Of a stretch of DNA of 64,000 bases, positions 1 to 8,399 are shown piece after piece. The stretch comes from a virus (taxonomy: Duplodnaviria > Caudoviricetes): the IMG/VR virus record IMGVR_UViG_3300031992_000080, positions 1 to 64,000 of that record; one strand, written 5' to 3'. How positions within the stretch are numbered: the stretch's first letter is position 1; every line of letters starts with the position of its first letter. The notes below the pieces were generated by a model. That model was not told the origin of the DNA and did not search any database. It worked only from the letters and a program-made list of their open reading frames with translations. The position numbers were made by a program, and so were the translations under genes.

Positions 1-168
1 AGGCTCAGGCTCGTTGAGCTCGTGTGGGATGACCCAATCTTTTGCAAGAAGGTCTTCTTCCGACATGAAGATTCCGTCGGGCCATCCGCGACGAGCGACC
101 TTCATGCCGCTCTTGATCTGAACTAGCGCCTCGTTGAATGTCATGTTTTCTTTCGTGTCTTCTTCCAT
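1..168 (-). CDS. Short DUF2829/Tad2-like protein, runs off the left edge
   Basis: Manual translation MEEDTKENMTFNEALVQIKSGMKVARRGWPDGIFMSEEDLLAKDWVIPHELNEPEP; matches the MTF.EAL..K.G.KVAR.GW...D.LA.DW pattern; AAGGAAA RBS upstream. Confidence 0.55.
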   Translation of the reverse strand, partial: MEEDTKENMTFNEALVQIKSGMKVARRGWPDGIFMSEEDLLAKDWVIPHELNEPEP

Positions 169-263
169 GTGTTGTTTCCTTGTTTTGTGTTGTGCCGGAC
201 TACTGGCGGTTGAATCGGTTGACGGGCGTGTCTTTCATGGCTGCTTCGCGGCTTCGGTCGGGG

Positions 264-710
264 TCATTTCACCGCCTCCTTTCTTTTCCGCGTCACCGGC
301 TCCAGGTAGCTGTGCGACCACCATGCCTCGCGATCCTTGTCTTTGTCGAACAAAAGATCGTATTCGTAGAATTCTCTGATTGAATTGTTGTAGCCGTTCA
401 GAGCATCGCTTTCCGATCCGGTCAGAGACGCCCCGTGGCCTCCGTCTCCATGCGAATAATCCCAAGCGGAACGCAATACGCGGGCCGTCTGACCCTTGCG
501 ACGATTCTCGAAGAAACCACCTTCATTCGGCCCCCGGAAACCACAGATGCAACGAACCCTGCGCCCTGGCTTGAACGGAGGGTCGTCGCACATCATTCGA
601 TACCACCTTTCAATGTTCTCTTCATAAGCCTTGATTTTGGCAGCCGAAAAATGTTCTGGCGGCAGAGTCGGTCTTGCATTGAACATGAACAGGAATTTCT
701 TCTTCGTCAT
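264..710 (-). CDS. Hypothetical protein
   Basis: ORF in a coupled leftward operon, start MTKKKF after GGAGG. Confidence 0.7.
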   Translation of the reverse strand: MTKKKFLFMFNARPTLPPEHFSAAKIKAYEENIERWYRMMCDDPPFKPGRRVRCICGFRGPNEGGFFENRRKGQTARVLRSAWDYSHGDGGHGASLTGSESDALNGYNNSIREFYEYDLLFDKDKDREAWWSHSYLEPVTRKRKEAVK

Positions 711-865
711 TTCGCTTCCTCCTTCTCGATATCGACGCCGGCCTCCTTGAGCCGCTTGAGGAACGAGTCCCACAGTCCGCAGTAGACGAGGACGTCGCAG
801 TTCCAGATCGGAACGCTGATGACCCGCCAGGACTCGGAGATCTTCTTGGGTGGTTTCTTCTTCAT
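707..865 (-). CDS. Small hypothetical protein
   Basis: ATGA overlaps with both neighbours. Confidence 0.5.
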   Translation of the reverse strand: MKKKPPKKISESWRVISVPIWNCDVLVYCGLWDSFLKRLKEAGVDIEKEEAK

Positions 866-1242
866 TTGAGATCTGGCTTCATGACTGCTTTGTGTGCCGG
901 CAAAAAGCACGGCTCGTTGTTTTGCAGAGGATCGACCTCCGCGTTCTTAAGCAGGCAGCGAAAGCCGTATGGCTTCTCCGCCTGAAACCTTCCGTCTCCA
1001 AGCGGATTGACAGTTGTAGTTCCCATGATGATCGCGAACCTCTGGCAGGCCTGGCAGAGTTTTCGGTCTAGCGCGAGCGCGAAAGACGGGCAGAGGAACT
1101 GAAGAATCTGTGCGTTTAACTGCGACTCCGCTCGTTCTGACGCCATCTCGATTTCTCTTTCGAGCTTCCGTTCGCGGATATATTCCATTGTCGCTTCGCG
1201 CGCTGCATTGAATTCAGCACGCATTCTCTCAACTTCGTTCAT
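862..1242 (-). CDS. Hypothetical protein
   Basis: ATGA-coupled ORF. Confidence 0.7.
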   Translation of the reverse strand: MNEVERMRAEFNAAREATMEYIRERKLEREIEMASERAESQLNAQILQFLCPSFALALDRKLCQACQRFAIIMGTTTVNPLGDGRFQAEKPYGFRCLLKNAEVDPLQNNEPCFLPAHKAVMKPDLK

Positions 1243-1649
1243 TGCGCCGGTTCTCCGTTCAGTTCCTGTTCGATATTCTTGAGTAGACCATCGGTGTCTG
1301 CGAGGTCGAACCGCATGGTGTCCTCGTCATGCTCGCCGTTGTCGTTTAGGCGGGTGCGCGGATACATCTCCCAATACGGTGCCCCGTCATGGAAACCGAG
1401 GTTCTCGTAAAAGTCGCAGTAGACCGAAACGTATCGGCCGTTATGCCTCACGACGAAGCGCATCATAGCGCCGCCGAACGGCGGCGTGATTATCACCTCC
1501 CACTCAGGCTTGAAGTGGAGAGCGGGGATGTCGGATTCGTTGACAGCGCGAAAAACACGGTCTACGTCAAAGTGGTCCTCGACACAGAACTTGAGTTCGC
1601 GCCATGCGTTCTTGCGCTTGAGCGCTTCGTATTCCTTGCTTGTCATCAT
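1239..1649 (-). CDS. Phage hypothetical protein (IITPPFGGA...YWE.YP)
   Basis: ATGA-coupled ORF with globular composition. Confidence 0.75.
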   Translation of the reverse strand: MMTSKEYEALKRKNAWRELKFCVEDHFDVDRVFRAVNESDIPALHFKPEWEVIITPPFGGAMMRFVVRHNGRYVSVYCDFYENLGFHDGAPYWEMYPRTRLNDNGEHDEDTMRFDLADTDGLLKNIEQELNGEPAQ

Positions 1650-1858
1650 TTCTTCTTTCCTTCTTCGTAGACGAACTCGACGTCGCCGGATTCATCGTGG
1701 ATGATGGTTCTGTCCGGGTCGTTGAAGCCGTCGCGGACTGAGCGGAAGATCATGCTACCGGCCTCCGTTTCGACAACGGTGTCGCGCACGTTGCGCTGCC
1801 GGCGCAGACGGCAATGGAGCGCGTTATTGCGCTCCTTGATCTCGATGAGGACCTTCAT
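1646..1858 (-). CDS. Hypothetical protein
   Basis: ATGA-coupled ORF. Confidence 0.65.
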   Translation of the reverse strand: MKVLIEIKERNNALHCRLRRQRNVRDTVVETEAGSMIFRSVRDGFNDPDRTIIHDESGDVEFVYEEGKKK

Positions 1859-2058
1859 GTTTTGTCGCCGCCCTCCCTCTTGCTTCTCGCCTCTTCTGCG
1901 AGCTTGCTGATGTAGTCATCGGCGATGGGCCAGAGCAGGACGCAGCCCCATAGCTCCGCGTCCGACATCGGCTTGTCGGCGGACTCGACAAGTGCGACGA
2001 CGAGAAGGCCGACGAGGACGTAGGCCGGGACGGCGAGGCAGGCGATGAGGGTGTTCAT
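1855..2058 (-). CDS. Small membrane protein
   Basis: Hydrophobic N-terminal helix and a second hydrophobic segment; ATGA coupling. Confidence 0.65.
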   Translation of the reverse strand: MNTLIACLAVPAYVLVGLLVVALVESADKPMSDAELWGCVLLWPIADDYISKLAEEARSKREGGDKT

Positions 2059-2384
2059 TTATTTCCATCCATTTCCTTCTCGACGTGTTCCATCGCCCGG
2101 ATGCAGACTGCGGCGCATTGGGCGAGTTCTTGCCGGGCGTGGGCAAGGTCGCCGTTGGCGTAGGCGGCGATTGCCTCTGCCACCTCGCACGCGAGAACAC
2201 GGCGGAATGTGCTTCTGTTCTTGTTGACCGCAATTGCAAGACGTTCGCGTTCGGATTCCAAGTCTTCTTCGATGCTTTCTACGGACAGGGCGTATCCGCG
2301 ATAGCCAGTGAATCTGTCCACAAACTTCGGGTGCTTCTTCTTCGCCGCTTCGAGTTCGGCCGCGACGAGTTCAAGGTTAGTCAT
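2055..2384 (-). CDS. MazG-like nucleotide pyrophosphohydrolase
   Basis: All-alpha pattern EL..A.KKHP.F ... CEVAEAI ... ELAQCAAVCIRAME. Confidence 0.55.
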   Translation of the reverse strand: MTNLELVAAELEAAKKKHPKFVDRFTGYRGYALSVESIEEDLESERERLAIAVNKNRSTFRRVLACEVAEAIAAYANGDLAHARQELAQCAAVCIRAMEHVEKEMDGNK

Positions 2385-2746
2385 TTCAGTTTTTCTCCTG
2401 TGTTTACGTCAAAACCGCCCGCCTTCCTATTGCAGGCGACCGTAAAATATGGAACGTTATCGAAGAGCGCAAAAAGCTCGTTGCGGGAAAGCAGTCCATA
2501 ACGCGGACAGACACCAACCCACGTGCCAATGCGGACCCTGAATCTACGGGCCTCCATCTTTCCGTCTCTCCGCCTGACGTCCATTTCCTCGACTGTTATG
2601 TCATCGATGTTCGTCCTGACGGATAGCCGCGCAAGGCGTTCAAAGATCTCGTTATAGTCACGCGCCCATTCCGAGTCTGGCGTCCCGCGAACATAGCGGT
2701 AGGACTTGAAGACGGGAAGGTTCCCGGTGAAGACTAGCTTCCTCAT
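2381..2746 (-). CDS. Hypothetical protein
   Basis: Start MRKLVF coupled to the stop of the lysozyme gene. Confidence 0.65.
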   Translation of the reverse strand: MRKLVFTGNLPVFKSYRYVRGTPDSEWARDYNEIFERLARLSVRTNIDDITVEEMDVRRRDGKMEARRFRVRIGTWVGVCPRYGLLSRNELFALFDNVPYFTVACNRKAGGFDVNTGEKLK

Positions 2747-3162
2747 CGCAGCACCTCCTCCGCGACACCGATGAACTTTGCAAGATACGGGACGGTCGCG
2801 GCCTTCTCCGCTCCTTTCGGCCCTCCGTTGTGGATGCGCGCGAGGACGGCAGCTGTCGCACGATGCCCGGTGCGCCGCTCGTATGCCTGCCCGTAGCGCA
2901 GGAGGTAGGCGCGCACGACCTGCTCGGCCTTTTCCGGATCGTGCATGTCCTCTAGCGTGTAGCTCGTGCCGAGAACCTCGTTCGCGTCGGCCAGGTAGCC
3001 GGCGCGGATCTGGTAGCGCCCGTGGGCGTCCTCGGCTTCGTTTACGGCGGCATCGTTTTTGCCGCTTTCCACGGTGGCAAGCACGTCGAGGAATTCGGTT
3101 GAGACATTGGCTGCGATTGTGTAGATGCTCATGGTTAGCAGTAGGGTTGTCATGGTTTTCAT
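2743..3162 (-). CDS. Lysozyme-like muramidase/transglycosylase (SLT/destabilase-like) with N-terminal signal
   Basis: LATVESG (catalytic Glu), GRYQI, LARIHNGGPKG motifs; hydrophobic N-terminus. Confidence 0.85.
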   Translation of the reverse strand: MKTMTTLLLTMSIYTIAANVSTEFLDVLATVESGKNDAAVNEAEDAHGRYQIRAGYLADANEVLGTSYTLEDMHDPEKAEQVVRAYLLRYGQAYERRTGHRATAAVLARIHNGGPKGAEKAATVPYLAKFIGVAEEVLR

Positions 3163-3509
3163 TTCTTGGTGCGTTTCTTGAATTTCTCAAGCTCCTCGTC
3201 CGTTTGGAGGATGAAGTTGTCGTATCCGTCATCGCAGCTTGTGAGCCATTCGACGCGAATTGCGTAGATGGCTGCGATGCGCATCGCCTTCTCCGCCGCA
3301 CGGAGCCGCTTGAGTGTTTCCCTACGCAGGCCGGTGGGCGAAGCTAAGAATTTCTTGTCGGGATAGTTCTTGACGTAGTAGTTGCACGGATGGAACTCGT
3401 CTGCGATTTTCTTCGCGTCCATCTTCTCGATGCGCGCGATTTCTTGCGCGACGTATTCTGCGGCCTGCTCGATCTTGAAGCCGACGTAATCCATTGAGCC
3501 TCCGCTCAT
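3159..3509 (-). CDS. Phage hypothetical protein (MSGGSMDY type)
   Basis: Recognisable MSGGS.DY start; ATGA coupling. Confidence 0.7.
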   Translation of the reverse strand: MSGGSMDYVGFKIEQAAEYVAQEIARIEKMDAKKIADEFHPCNYYVKNYPDKKFLASPTGLRRETLKRLRAAEKAMRIAAIYAIRVEWLTSCDDGYDNFILQTDEELEKFKKRTKK

Positions 3510-3727
3510 TTCATGGCCTCCTTTGCCTTGTAGTATTCGGTCTGGATTTTTGCGACCGCATTGAGTGCGGACGCAATCGACTCGTCGCTCACGGGGCATC
3601 CATCACCGTCGCACACGCCATGCGACGATGATGTCATAAACGGGAGCGTGCATGGCGTCTGCATGTCGTCGCGTTCAAGCGGGACGTAAACGGCGTCCAT
3701 GATTGCGTCTTTCAGTTCCTGGTTCAT
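3506..3727 (-). CDS. Hypothetical protein (C..D.CP)
   Basis: ATGA-coupled ORF. Confidence 0.6.
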   Translation of the reverse strand: MNQELKDAIMDAVYVPLERDDMQTPCTLPFMTSSSHGVCDGDGCPVSDESIASALNAVAKIQTEYYKAKEAMK

Positions 3728-4050
3728 TTTCTGTCCTCCCCTAGCGCGGCGCTGGCCTCGCGTTGCATCCCTGCGACATCGGCGCGCAGATAGTCTGTCA
3801 TGTCGGCGTGCTTGTAGATTTGCTCTAGCGTCTCAACCGTTCGCCGTACGATGTCGCGGAGGCGGTCGCGCCCCTCCTGCGTGCGCTCGTTCACCGCATC
3901 CACGATCTCGCGCGCCGTCCGCTCGTCCAGCCCCTCCGCGACGAAGAAGCCGTTGCGGTCGAGGATGGACCAGAACTCGCGGCGCAGACGTCCGCGCTTG
4001 CCGTTGTCGCGCCCTTCGGCTCGCCACGGCGTCGGATGTTGCGCGCTCAT
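3724..4050 (-). CDS. Hypothetical protein, paralog-like to 4047-4499
   Basis: TPWR...IVDAVN...RDRLR motif shared with the neighbour. Confidence 0.65.
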   Translation of the reverse strand: MSAQHPTPWRAEGRDNGKRGRLRREFWSILDRNGFFVAEGLDERTAREIVDAVNERTQEGRDRLRDIVRRTVETLEQIYKHADMTDYLRADVAGMQREASAALGEDRK

Positions 4051-4499
4051 GCCCGGCCCCCTTCCCCTATTGCGGCGCGGGCGCATTCTTTGATTTTTAG
4101 CAGATCATGGACGAGTCCCTCGATCTCGACCCGAGTGCCGCGTTCCTGCCTCGGACAGTTCAGCGCAACAGAAACCCTATTGCAAATCTCCTCAAGGGCG
4201 GCGCGCAGCCGGTCGCGCTCGGCCTCTGCACGCCGGATCGGATCGTAGAGCTTGATCGACAGTCTCTTCGTCTCCTCGATTCCGTTCACGGCGTCTACGA
4301 TGAGCGCGGCGTTCGCCTCTACGATTGCGTCCCACGTCTCTCGATTTCTCTTCGACATTCTGGCTTTCGGGCATGACGGGAGATTTGCCACGACCCCCCA
4401 TCCCGTCTTTTCGTTTTGGAGCCAGAGACCGTCGGGGTCGTTGGCCTCGATGGAGTGTCCGTTCACGCGCCACGGGCGCGGGCTAGGTTCGGTGCTCAT
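4047..4499 (-). CDS. Hypothetical protein
   Basis: PRPWR...LIVDAVN...ERDRLRAAL. Confidence 0.65.
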   Translation of the reverse strand: MSTEPSPRPWRVNGHSIEANDPDGLWLQNEKTGWGVVANLPSCPKARMSKRNRETWDAIVEANAALIVDAVNGIEETKRLSIKLYDPIRRAEAERDRLRAALEEICNRVSVALNCPRQERGTRVEIEGLVHDLLKIKECARAAIGEGGRA

Positions 4500-4702
4500 G
4501 AGTATTCCCTTGCGATGTTTTGAATGTGCTCGATGCAATCGCGCCAGTTCTGTTCGTCAGCCCCATTGCAGATGTCGTAGATTTTTTCCATAGCCTCCTT
4601 GACTTCCTCAAGCTCGTCCTCTTTGTTTTCGAGCCGGTCCGTGATGAGGTCAATGTATGCGAGGATGGCATCCCGCGCTTTGTCGATGTCTTTGTCTAGC
4701 AT
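4496..4702 (-). CDS. Small coiled-coil hypothetical protein
   Basis: ATGA coupling, GGAGG RBS. Confidence 0.55.
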   Translation of the reverse strand: MLDKDIDKARDAILAYIDLITDRLENKEDELEEVKEAMEKIYDICNGADEQNWRDCIEHIQNIAREYS

Positions 4703-4899
4703 TTCGTTTCCTCCTTCTGTTCTTCGCCCGGATCGTCCCACGCGGGGGTCTGGGGCGTGATGGGCTGGTAGCCGCAGGAGCTGCATGGTTGGCACTTCGG
4801 CTCGAAGAACAACGGGCCGACTGGTTCTCCGGTCGGGTGTCTGCACACATCGCCGAAGTAGCGGTCGAGCCAGCGGCAGTCGGTCGGGTCTGGGTTCAT
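4696..4899 (-). CDS. Small Cys-rich hypothetical protein
   Basis: C..LD....C...C..C..C; coupled start. Confidence 0.5.
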   Translation of the reverse strand: MNPDPTDCRWLDRYFGDVCRHPTGEPVGPLFFEPKCQPCSSCGYQPITPQTPAWDDPGEEQKEETKC

Positions 4900-5096
4900 T
4901 TCACGCCCTCCTTGTCTCCCGCGCTGCGGTTCCGCGCGGTCCCGATGTAGTTCCTGATGTCGTCGAGGCACCTGGCGCAGACGTTCTTCACGGTCGTTGC
5001 TCCCCAATGGAACGGGTGAAGTTCAATGGGGCGCAGGGCGTTCTTGTTGCGGACCTCGATGCCGCAATGGTCGCAGTAGTGTTTCGTGACGGTCAT
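4896..5096 (-). CDS. Small Zn-ribbon protein
   Basis: CDHCG...CARC. Confidence 0.65.
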   Translation of the reverse strand: MTVTKHYCDHCGIEVRNKNALRPIELHPFHWGATTVKNVCARCLDDIRNYIGTARNRSAGDKEGVK

Positions 5097-5290
5097 TTCG
5101 TTTCTCCTTTCTCCGCGCGGCTGTTCCACGCGGCGATTGCCCTGCGAATCAGCCCACGGCGGTGCAGCTGTTTGCGCTCGGCGAGCAGAAGGTCGCGAAT
5201 CTGCTCAAGCAGTTCCTCGATGTTCGTGAGACGAAATACCGTGATGTCATCGTTCGAGTGCCATCGGCCGTCGTTGATGTATTTAGGCAT
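5093..5290 (-). CDS. Small hypothetical protein
   Basis: GGAGG RBS, ATGA coupling. Confidence 0.55.
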   Translation of the reverse strand: MPKYINDGRWHSNDDITVFRLTNIEELLEQIRDLLLAERKQLHRRGLIRRAIAAWNSRAEKGETK

Positions 5291-5507
5291 GGTCGCCTCC
5301 CTCCTTCGGGGGAAGAAGACCAATCGAACGGAAGAAATTCACCGCCGGACCTTCGTCGTAGTCATAGCACGGTTCGTCGTCGCGAAACCGGTAGAGAGCG
5401 GCACTGGCCACCTCGCAGATTTCGGAGTGTGATGCCCCCTCTCGGGCATACTCTAGGATTTCCTTTAGCGCCATACGCAAGCCTTCCTCGTTGGAAATTT
5501 CAGCCAT
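5283..5507 (-). CDS. Small hypothetical protein
   Basis: Start MAEISNEE overlapping the upstream stop. Confidence 0.55.
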   Translation of the reverse strand: MAEISNEEGLRMALKEILEYAREGASHSEICEVASAALYRFRDDEPCYDYDEGPAVNFFRSIGLLPPKEGGDHA

Positions 5508-6066
5508 TCTCGGCCCCCTTTCCTTCCGCCGGGGCGAGTAGCCACCGCGTAGCGCATTCGGCGCAGTCCAGTTGTTCCTTGCAGTAATCGTGGTCCGCGC
5601 ACGGGTTGGCGCGCAACGCGGCAATCGCACCTTCCGCCGTCGCGCATTCCGGGCGGTCGCAGTTCCTCGCGGGCGCGGCGAGGGCGGCGTCTGCGATCCT
5701 CGCCAGCTCGCGCTTCGGCGCGCAGCAATCGTCGTTGCACCCCGGATCGATCTCGCTCCAAAGAGCGAGACTGATCTGCCGAAGCGCCTCGCGCATCGCG
5801 GCGGCGGAGCCGGGGGCGGACTTGCACGCACGGCACTTCGCGGAGAATTCGTAGCGCATCTTGCACGCGATGCGGTTGCGGGCTTCTTTCGCGGCATTCG
5901 TCTCCGCGTGCCAATCCGCGTGTTCCCGCTTGTATGCCGCCTCGATGCGGTCGGCAAAGGCATCCAGTTCCTCGCCGATGCTTTCCCATCCGTCTTGTCG
6001 AAAGTTGTCGGCGACGTGGCGCATTTCACAGATGATCGCGTCGATGGTTTCGGGGGTGTCACTCAT
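5500..6066 (-). CDS. Mosaic Cys-containing hypothetical protein (paralog A)
   Basis: MSDTPET..AI..EMR start; AAMREAL...DAALAAPARNCDR...WLLAPAEG shared with the neighbour. Confidence 0.7.
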   Translation of the reverse strand: MSDTPETIDAIICEMRHVADNFRQDGWESIGEELDAFADRIEAAYKREHADWHAETNAAKEARNRIACKMRYEFSAKCRACKSAPGSAAAMREALRQISLALWSEIDPGCNDDCCAPKRELARIADAALAAPARNCDRPECATAEGAIAALRANPCADHDYCKEQLDCAECATRWLLAPAEGKGAENG

Positions 6067-6260
6067 TCCGCTCCTCCTTCCGCCGGGGCGAAGAGCCACT
6101 CGGCCAGAGTCAAGTGCGACGGCGAGACCATGCTAGCGTCTCCGTGCGGACACACCCGACAACCCTTGTATCGGCTTTGCGGATATTTACTCCATTCTTC
6201 CATCGCCCCCACCGCCGTCTTGAATCGGTCGCAATTCCGTGCGGGCGCGGCGAGGGCGGC
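5521..6260. repeat. Dispersed direct repeats between paralogs A and B
   Basis: tccttccgccggggcga at 5521 and 6075; gcgggcgcggcgagggcggc at 5669 and 6241. Confidence 0.85.
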
Positions 6261-6575
6261 ATCATTGTCGCGAATGTCCGCGTTGACGAACTTCTGCATT
6301 TCCAGCGGAAGCTCTCGCACGACACCATGCAAGCGACGAGTTGACCGCTCTAGTGCCTCGCGCATGGCGGCGGCGTTGCCGGTGGCGCGATCCAGTTCCG
6401 CGATTCGGCGCTCGGCCTTGTCCAGCGCTTCCTGCAACCGCTCTGCGACGTTTCCGTCGGGGTGTTGCCCGAGTTTTGGCGCGTTGCATCCGCCCGGCTC
6501 GCCGTAGTAGACGCACCGTTCCGGCGGCGTTCCTTCCGCGCACGCGGCGCAGATTTTCGTCCATTCGTTTGGCAT
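6063..6575 (-). CDS. Mosaic Cys-containing hypothetical protein (paralog B)
   Basis: AAMREAL...DAALAAPARNCDR...WLFAPAEG. Confidence 0.7.
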   Translation of the reverse strand: MPNEWTKICAACAEGTPPERCVYYGEPGGCNAPKLGQHPDGNVAERLQEALDKAERRIAELDRATGNAAAMREALERSTRRLHGVVRELPLEMQKFVNADIRDNDAALAAPARNCDRFKTAVGAMEEWSKYPQSRYKGCRVCPHGDASMVSPSHLTLAEWLFAPAEGGAE

Positions 6576-6577
6576 TG

Positions 6578-6946
6578 CTATTCTCCCTTGGTTTCGTGAA
6601 GGGCCGTGGCCGCGATGTCGTGAATTTCGAGGATTCCGCCGTCGAGCGCAGCCTTGTAGTTGCGCGCCTTCTCCTTGTTCGTCCAGTCGAGGATCTCGAC
6701 GAGCGCCGCACGAAACGTGCAGTCGTTGCAATGGATGTCGTGGATCTCCTCGGCGTTTCGCCAGATGCCGTCTTTCGCCTCTTTTACTCGCCGCTCCACG
6801 GCGGCCTCGATGCGGTCCGCCCAGTCGCGCGCGAGTCTGCGCGCTCCGATGATCCCGTCTGCATCGAGGTGCGGGTCATCGAATTCATTGCCGCGCATCT
6901 CCGCTAGGATCGCGGCGAGGGTTTCGGGGGGCGTGTTGCTGCTCAT
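6578..6946 (-). CDS. Hypothetical protein sharing its N-terminal module with 5500-6066
   Basis: TPPETLAAILAEMR...WADRIEAA versus TPETIDAIICEMR...FADRIEAA. Confidence 0.7.
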   Translation of the reverse strand: MSSNTPPETLAAILAEMRGNEFDDPHLDADGIIGARRLARDWADRIEAAVERRVKEAKDGIWRNAEEIHDIHCNDCTFRAALVEILDWTNKEKARNYKAALDGGILEIHDIAATALHETKGE

Positions 6947-7488
6947 GCCGCAGCCTCCTTGTGCTTCTTGGCGCGCGTGCGCTCGACGAGTTCGCGCAGG
7001 TCGTCCGACGGCTCGGTGAGGGTGTAGACGCCGCTCTTCTGCGCGGCGGCGCCGGATTTGACGAGGGCGGAGAGGACGCGCGGGTAGGTGGCGACGGAGA
7101 TCCGGCGGCCGTTGGTTTCGCGGGCGATCCGCTCCGGGCAGTCGCGGATCATGTCGGAGAGCGTGAATGGCTTGGTGCCGTAGGTCTCCCAGAGGATGTC
7201 GTAGACGCGAACGGTGTTGGACCAGACTCGCGGCGGGGGCGATGTGTCGGGGGCGGTCCAGTCGTCTGGCATGCCGGGGAGGGTCGGCTGCTTGTTCGGT
7301 TCTGTCGGAGCGTCGGCGCCCGGCAGGGCGACGTGCAGGGCGGCCGCGACGAGCTCGACGAAGCGGTCCATCTTGGCGTTGAGCTCGCCAAGCCGGCGGT
7401 AGGTCCCGCGGATGAAGTCGGAGTCCGATCCGGGCGGGTCGTCTGCGCGGCGCGTGGCCGCGTCTTTGGTTGGTGTTGTTTTAGTCAT
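6943..7488 (-). CDS. Hypothetical protein with possible C-terminal winged helix
   Basis: YGTKPFTLSDM...YPRVLSALVKSG...GVYTL. Confidence 0.6.
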   Translation of the reverse strand: MTKTTPTKDAATRRADDPPGSDSDFIRGTYRRLGELNAKMDRFVELVAAALHVALPGADAPTEPNKQPTLPGMPDDWTAPDTSPPPRVWSNTVRVYDILWETYGTKPFTLSDMIRDCPERIARETNGRRISVATYPRVLSALVKSGAAAQKSGVYTLTEPSDDLRELVERTRAKKHKEAAA

Positions 7489-7601
7489 GTGCGTGTGACT
7501 GCTTGGTTTGGTTTTCGGAAGAGGAACCGGGGGAAGAAAACAACATCAGCCATCGAGTGTCCTCGTCGGTTTGGTTGGCCCCCGGCTTGATGCACCGTGC
7601 G

Positions 7602-7859
7602 TCAAGGGGAAGGGGTGCGAAGGAAACGAGCAACTACATGGGGAGGGTATTCAACCTTGATCCGCTTGTCCGGTTTAATGATTTCGACCTTATTGCTTGC
7701 GAGGTAGAGGGCGTCTCGCAGGTCGCGGAAAAACGCGAGCGCGGCGTTGCGCTCAATGGTTGTGTCAATGGACAGCCCTTCGCTCTTGGCAACCATCGTC
7801 AGAGCAAGATTTCCTTTGTCGGACGTTTGGCGAAAATCGATGGTGATTCGGTGTGGCAT
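7602..7859 (-). CDS. Hypothetical protein
   Basis: 85-aa ORF in operon orientation. Confidence 0.55.
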   Translation of the reverse strand: MPHRITIDFRQTSDKGNLALTMVAKSEGLSIDTTIERNAALAFFRDLRDALYLASNKVEIIKPDKRIKVEYPPHVVARFLRTPSP

Positions 7860-7899
7860 GGCTAGTGTCTCCAGATGACGATGGATTCTGGCGTGTCCA

Positions 7900-8397
7900 T
7901 CAGTCGTGCTCCCGTTCGTAGACCTTGTGCTTGGGATTCCACTTCCACCACTCGAAGCGGATGTGGGGGTAGGCGGCGCGGCATTCGCGGAAGGCGGTGT
8001 AGGCGCGCCCTTCGCTTCCGAGCCGGTAGCCGCCCTTGACTTCGTAGCAGACGATGGCGAAGCCCTCCTCCGTGTCGAACACGGTGTAGTCGGGCGTGTA
8101 GCGCGAGCCGCCGGGGAGCTTGAAAGTCACCCCTTCGTAGACGATCTGCTGGCCGTGGCAGTAGAGCGGGAGGATGTGGGTGCGGAGGAAGCGCTGCTCG
8201 TTCTTGTTGGGGCCGCGCCTGCTGGGGAGCGGGATCGCTTTCTGTGGAACTGGGCCCCGCCGCCCCTCCATCCCGCTATCCGAGCTTCCCGGCACGGCGG
8301 GAGACGCCGCGTGTGGAACGGCGGTCGCGGCGAGCTTGCGCCGGATCTGCTCCTGGATCGCCGGGGGGAAGTCGGAGATGGAGGGGTGGCGGGACAT
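7900..8397 (-). CDS. PD-(D/E)xK endonuclease (DUF1064-like)
   Basis: YEGVTFKL...YTPDY...YEVKG...YP.IRF. Confidence 0.75.
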   Translation of the reverse strand: MSRHPSISDFPPAIQEQIRRKLAATAVPHAASPAVPGSSDSGMEGRRGPVPQKAIPLPSRRGPNKNEQRFLRTHILPLYCHGQQIVYEGVTFKLPGGSRYTPDYTVFDTEEGFAIVCYEVKGGYRLGSEGRAYTAFRECRAAYPHIRFEWWKWNPKHKVYEREHD

Positions 8398-8399
8398 GG

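Noticed and set aside
7490-7600. CCGACGAG motif and hairpins in an intergenic region as a third hammerhead
   Set aside because: No matching GAAA, helix II closure or UH triplet could be assembled; only generic hairpins are present.
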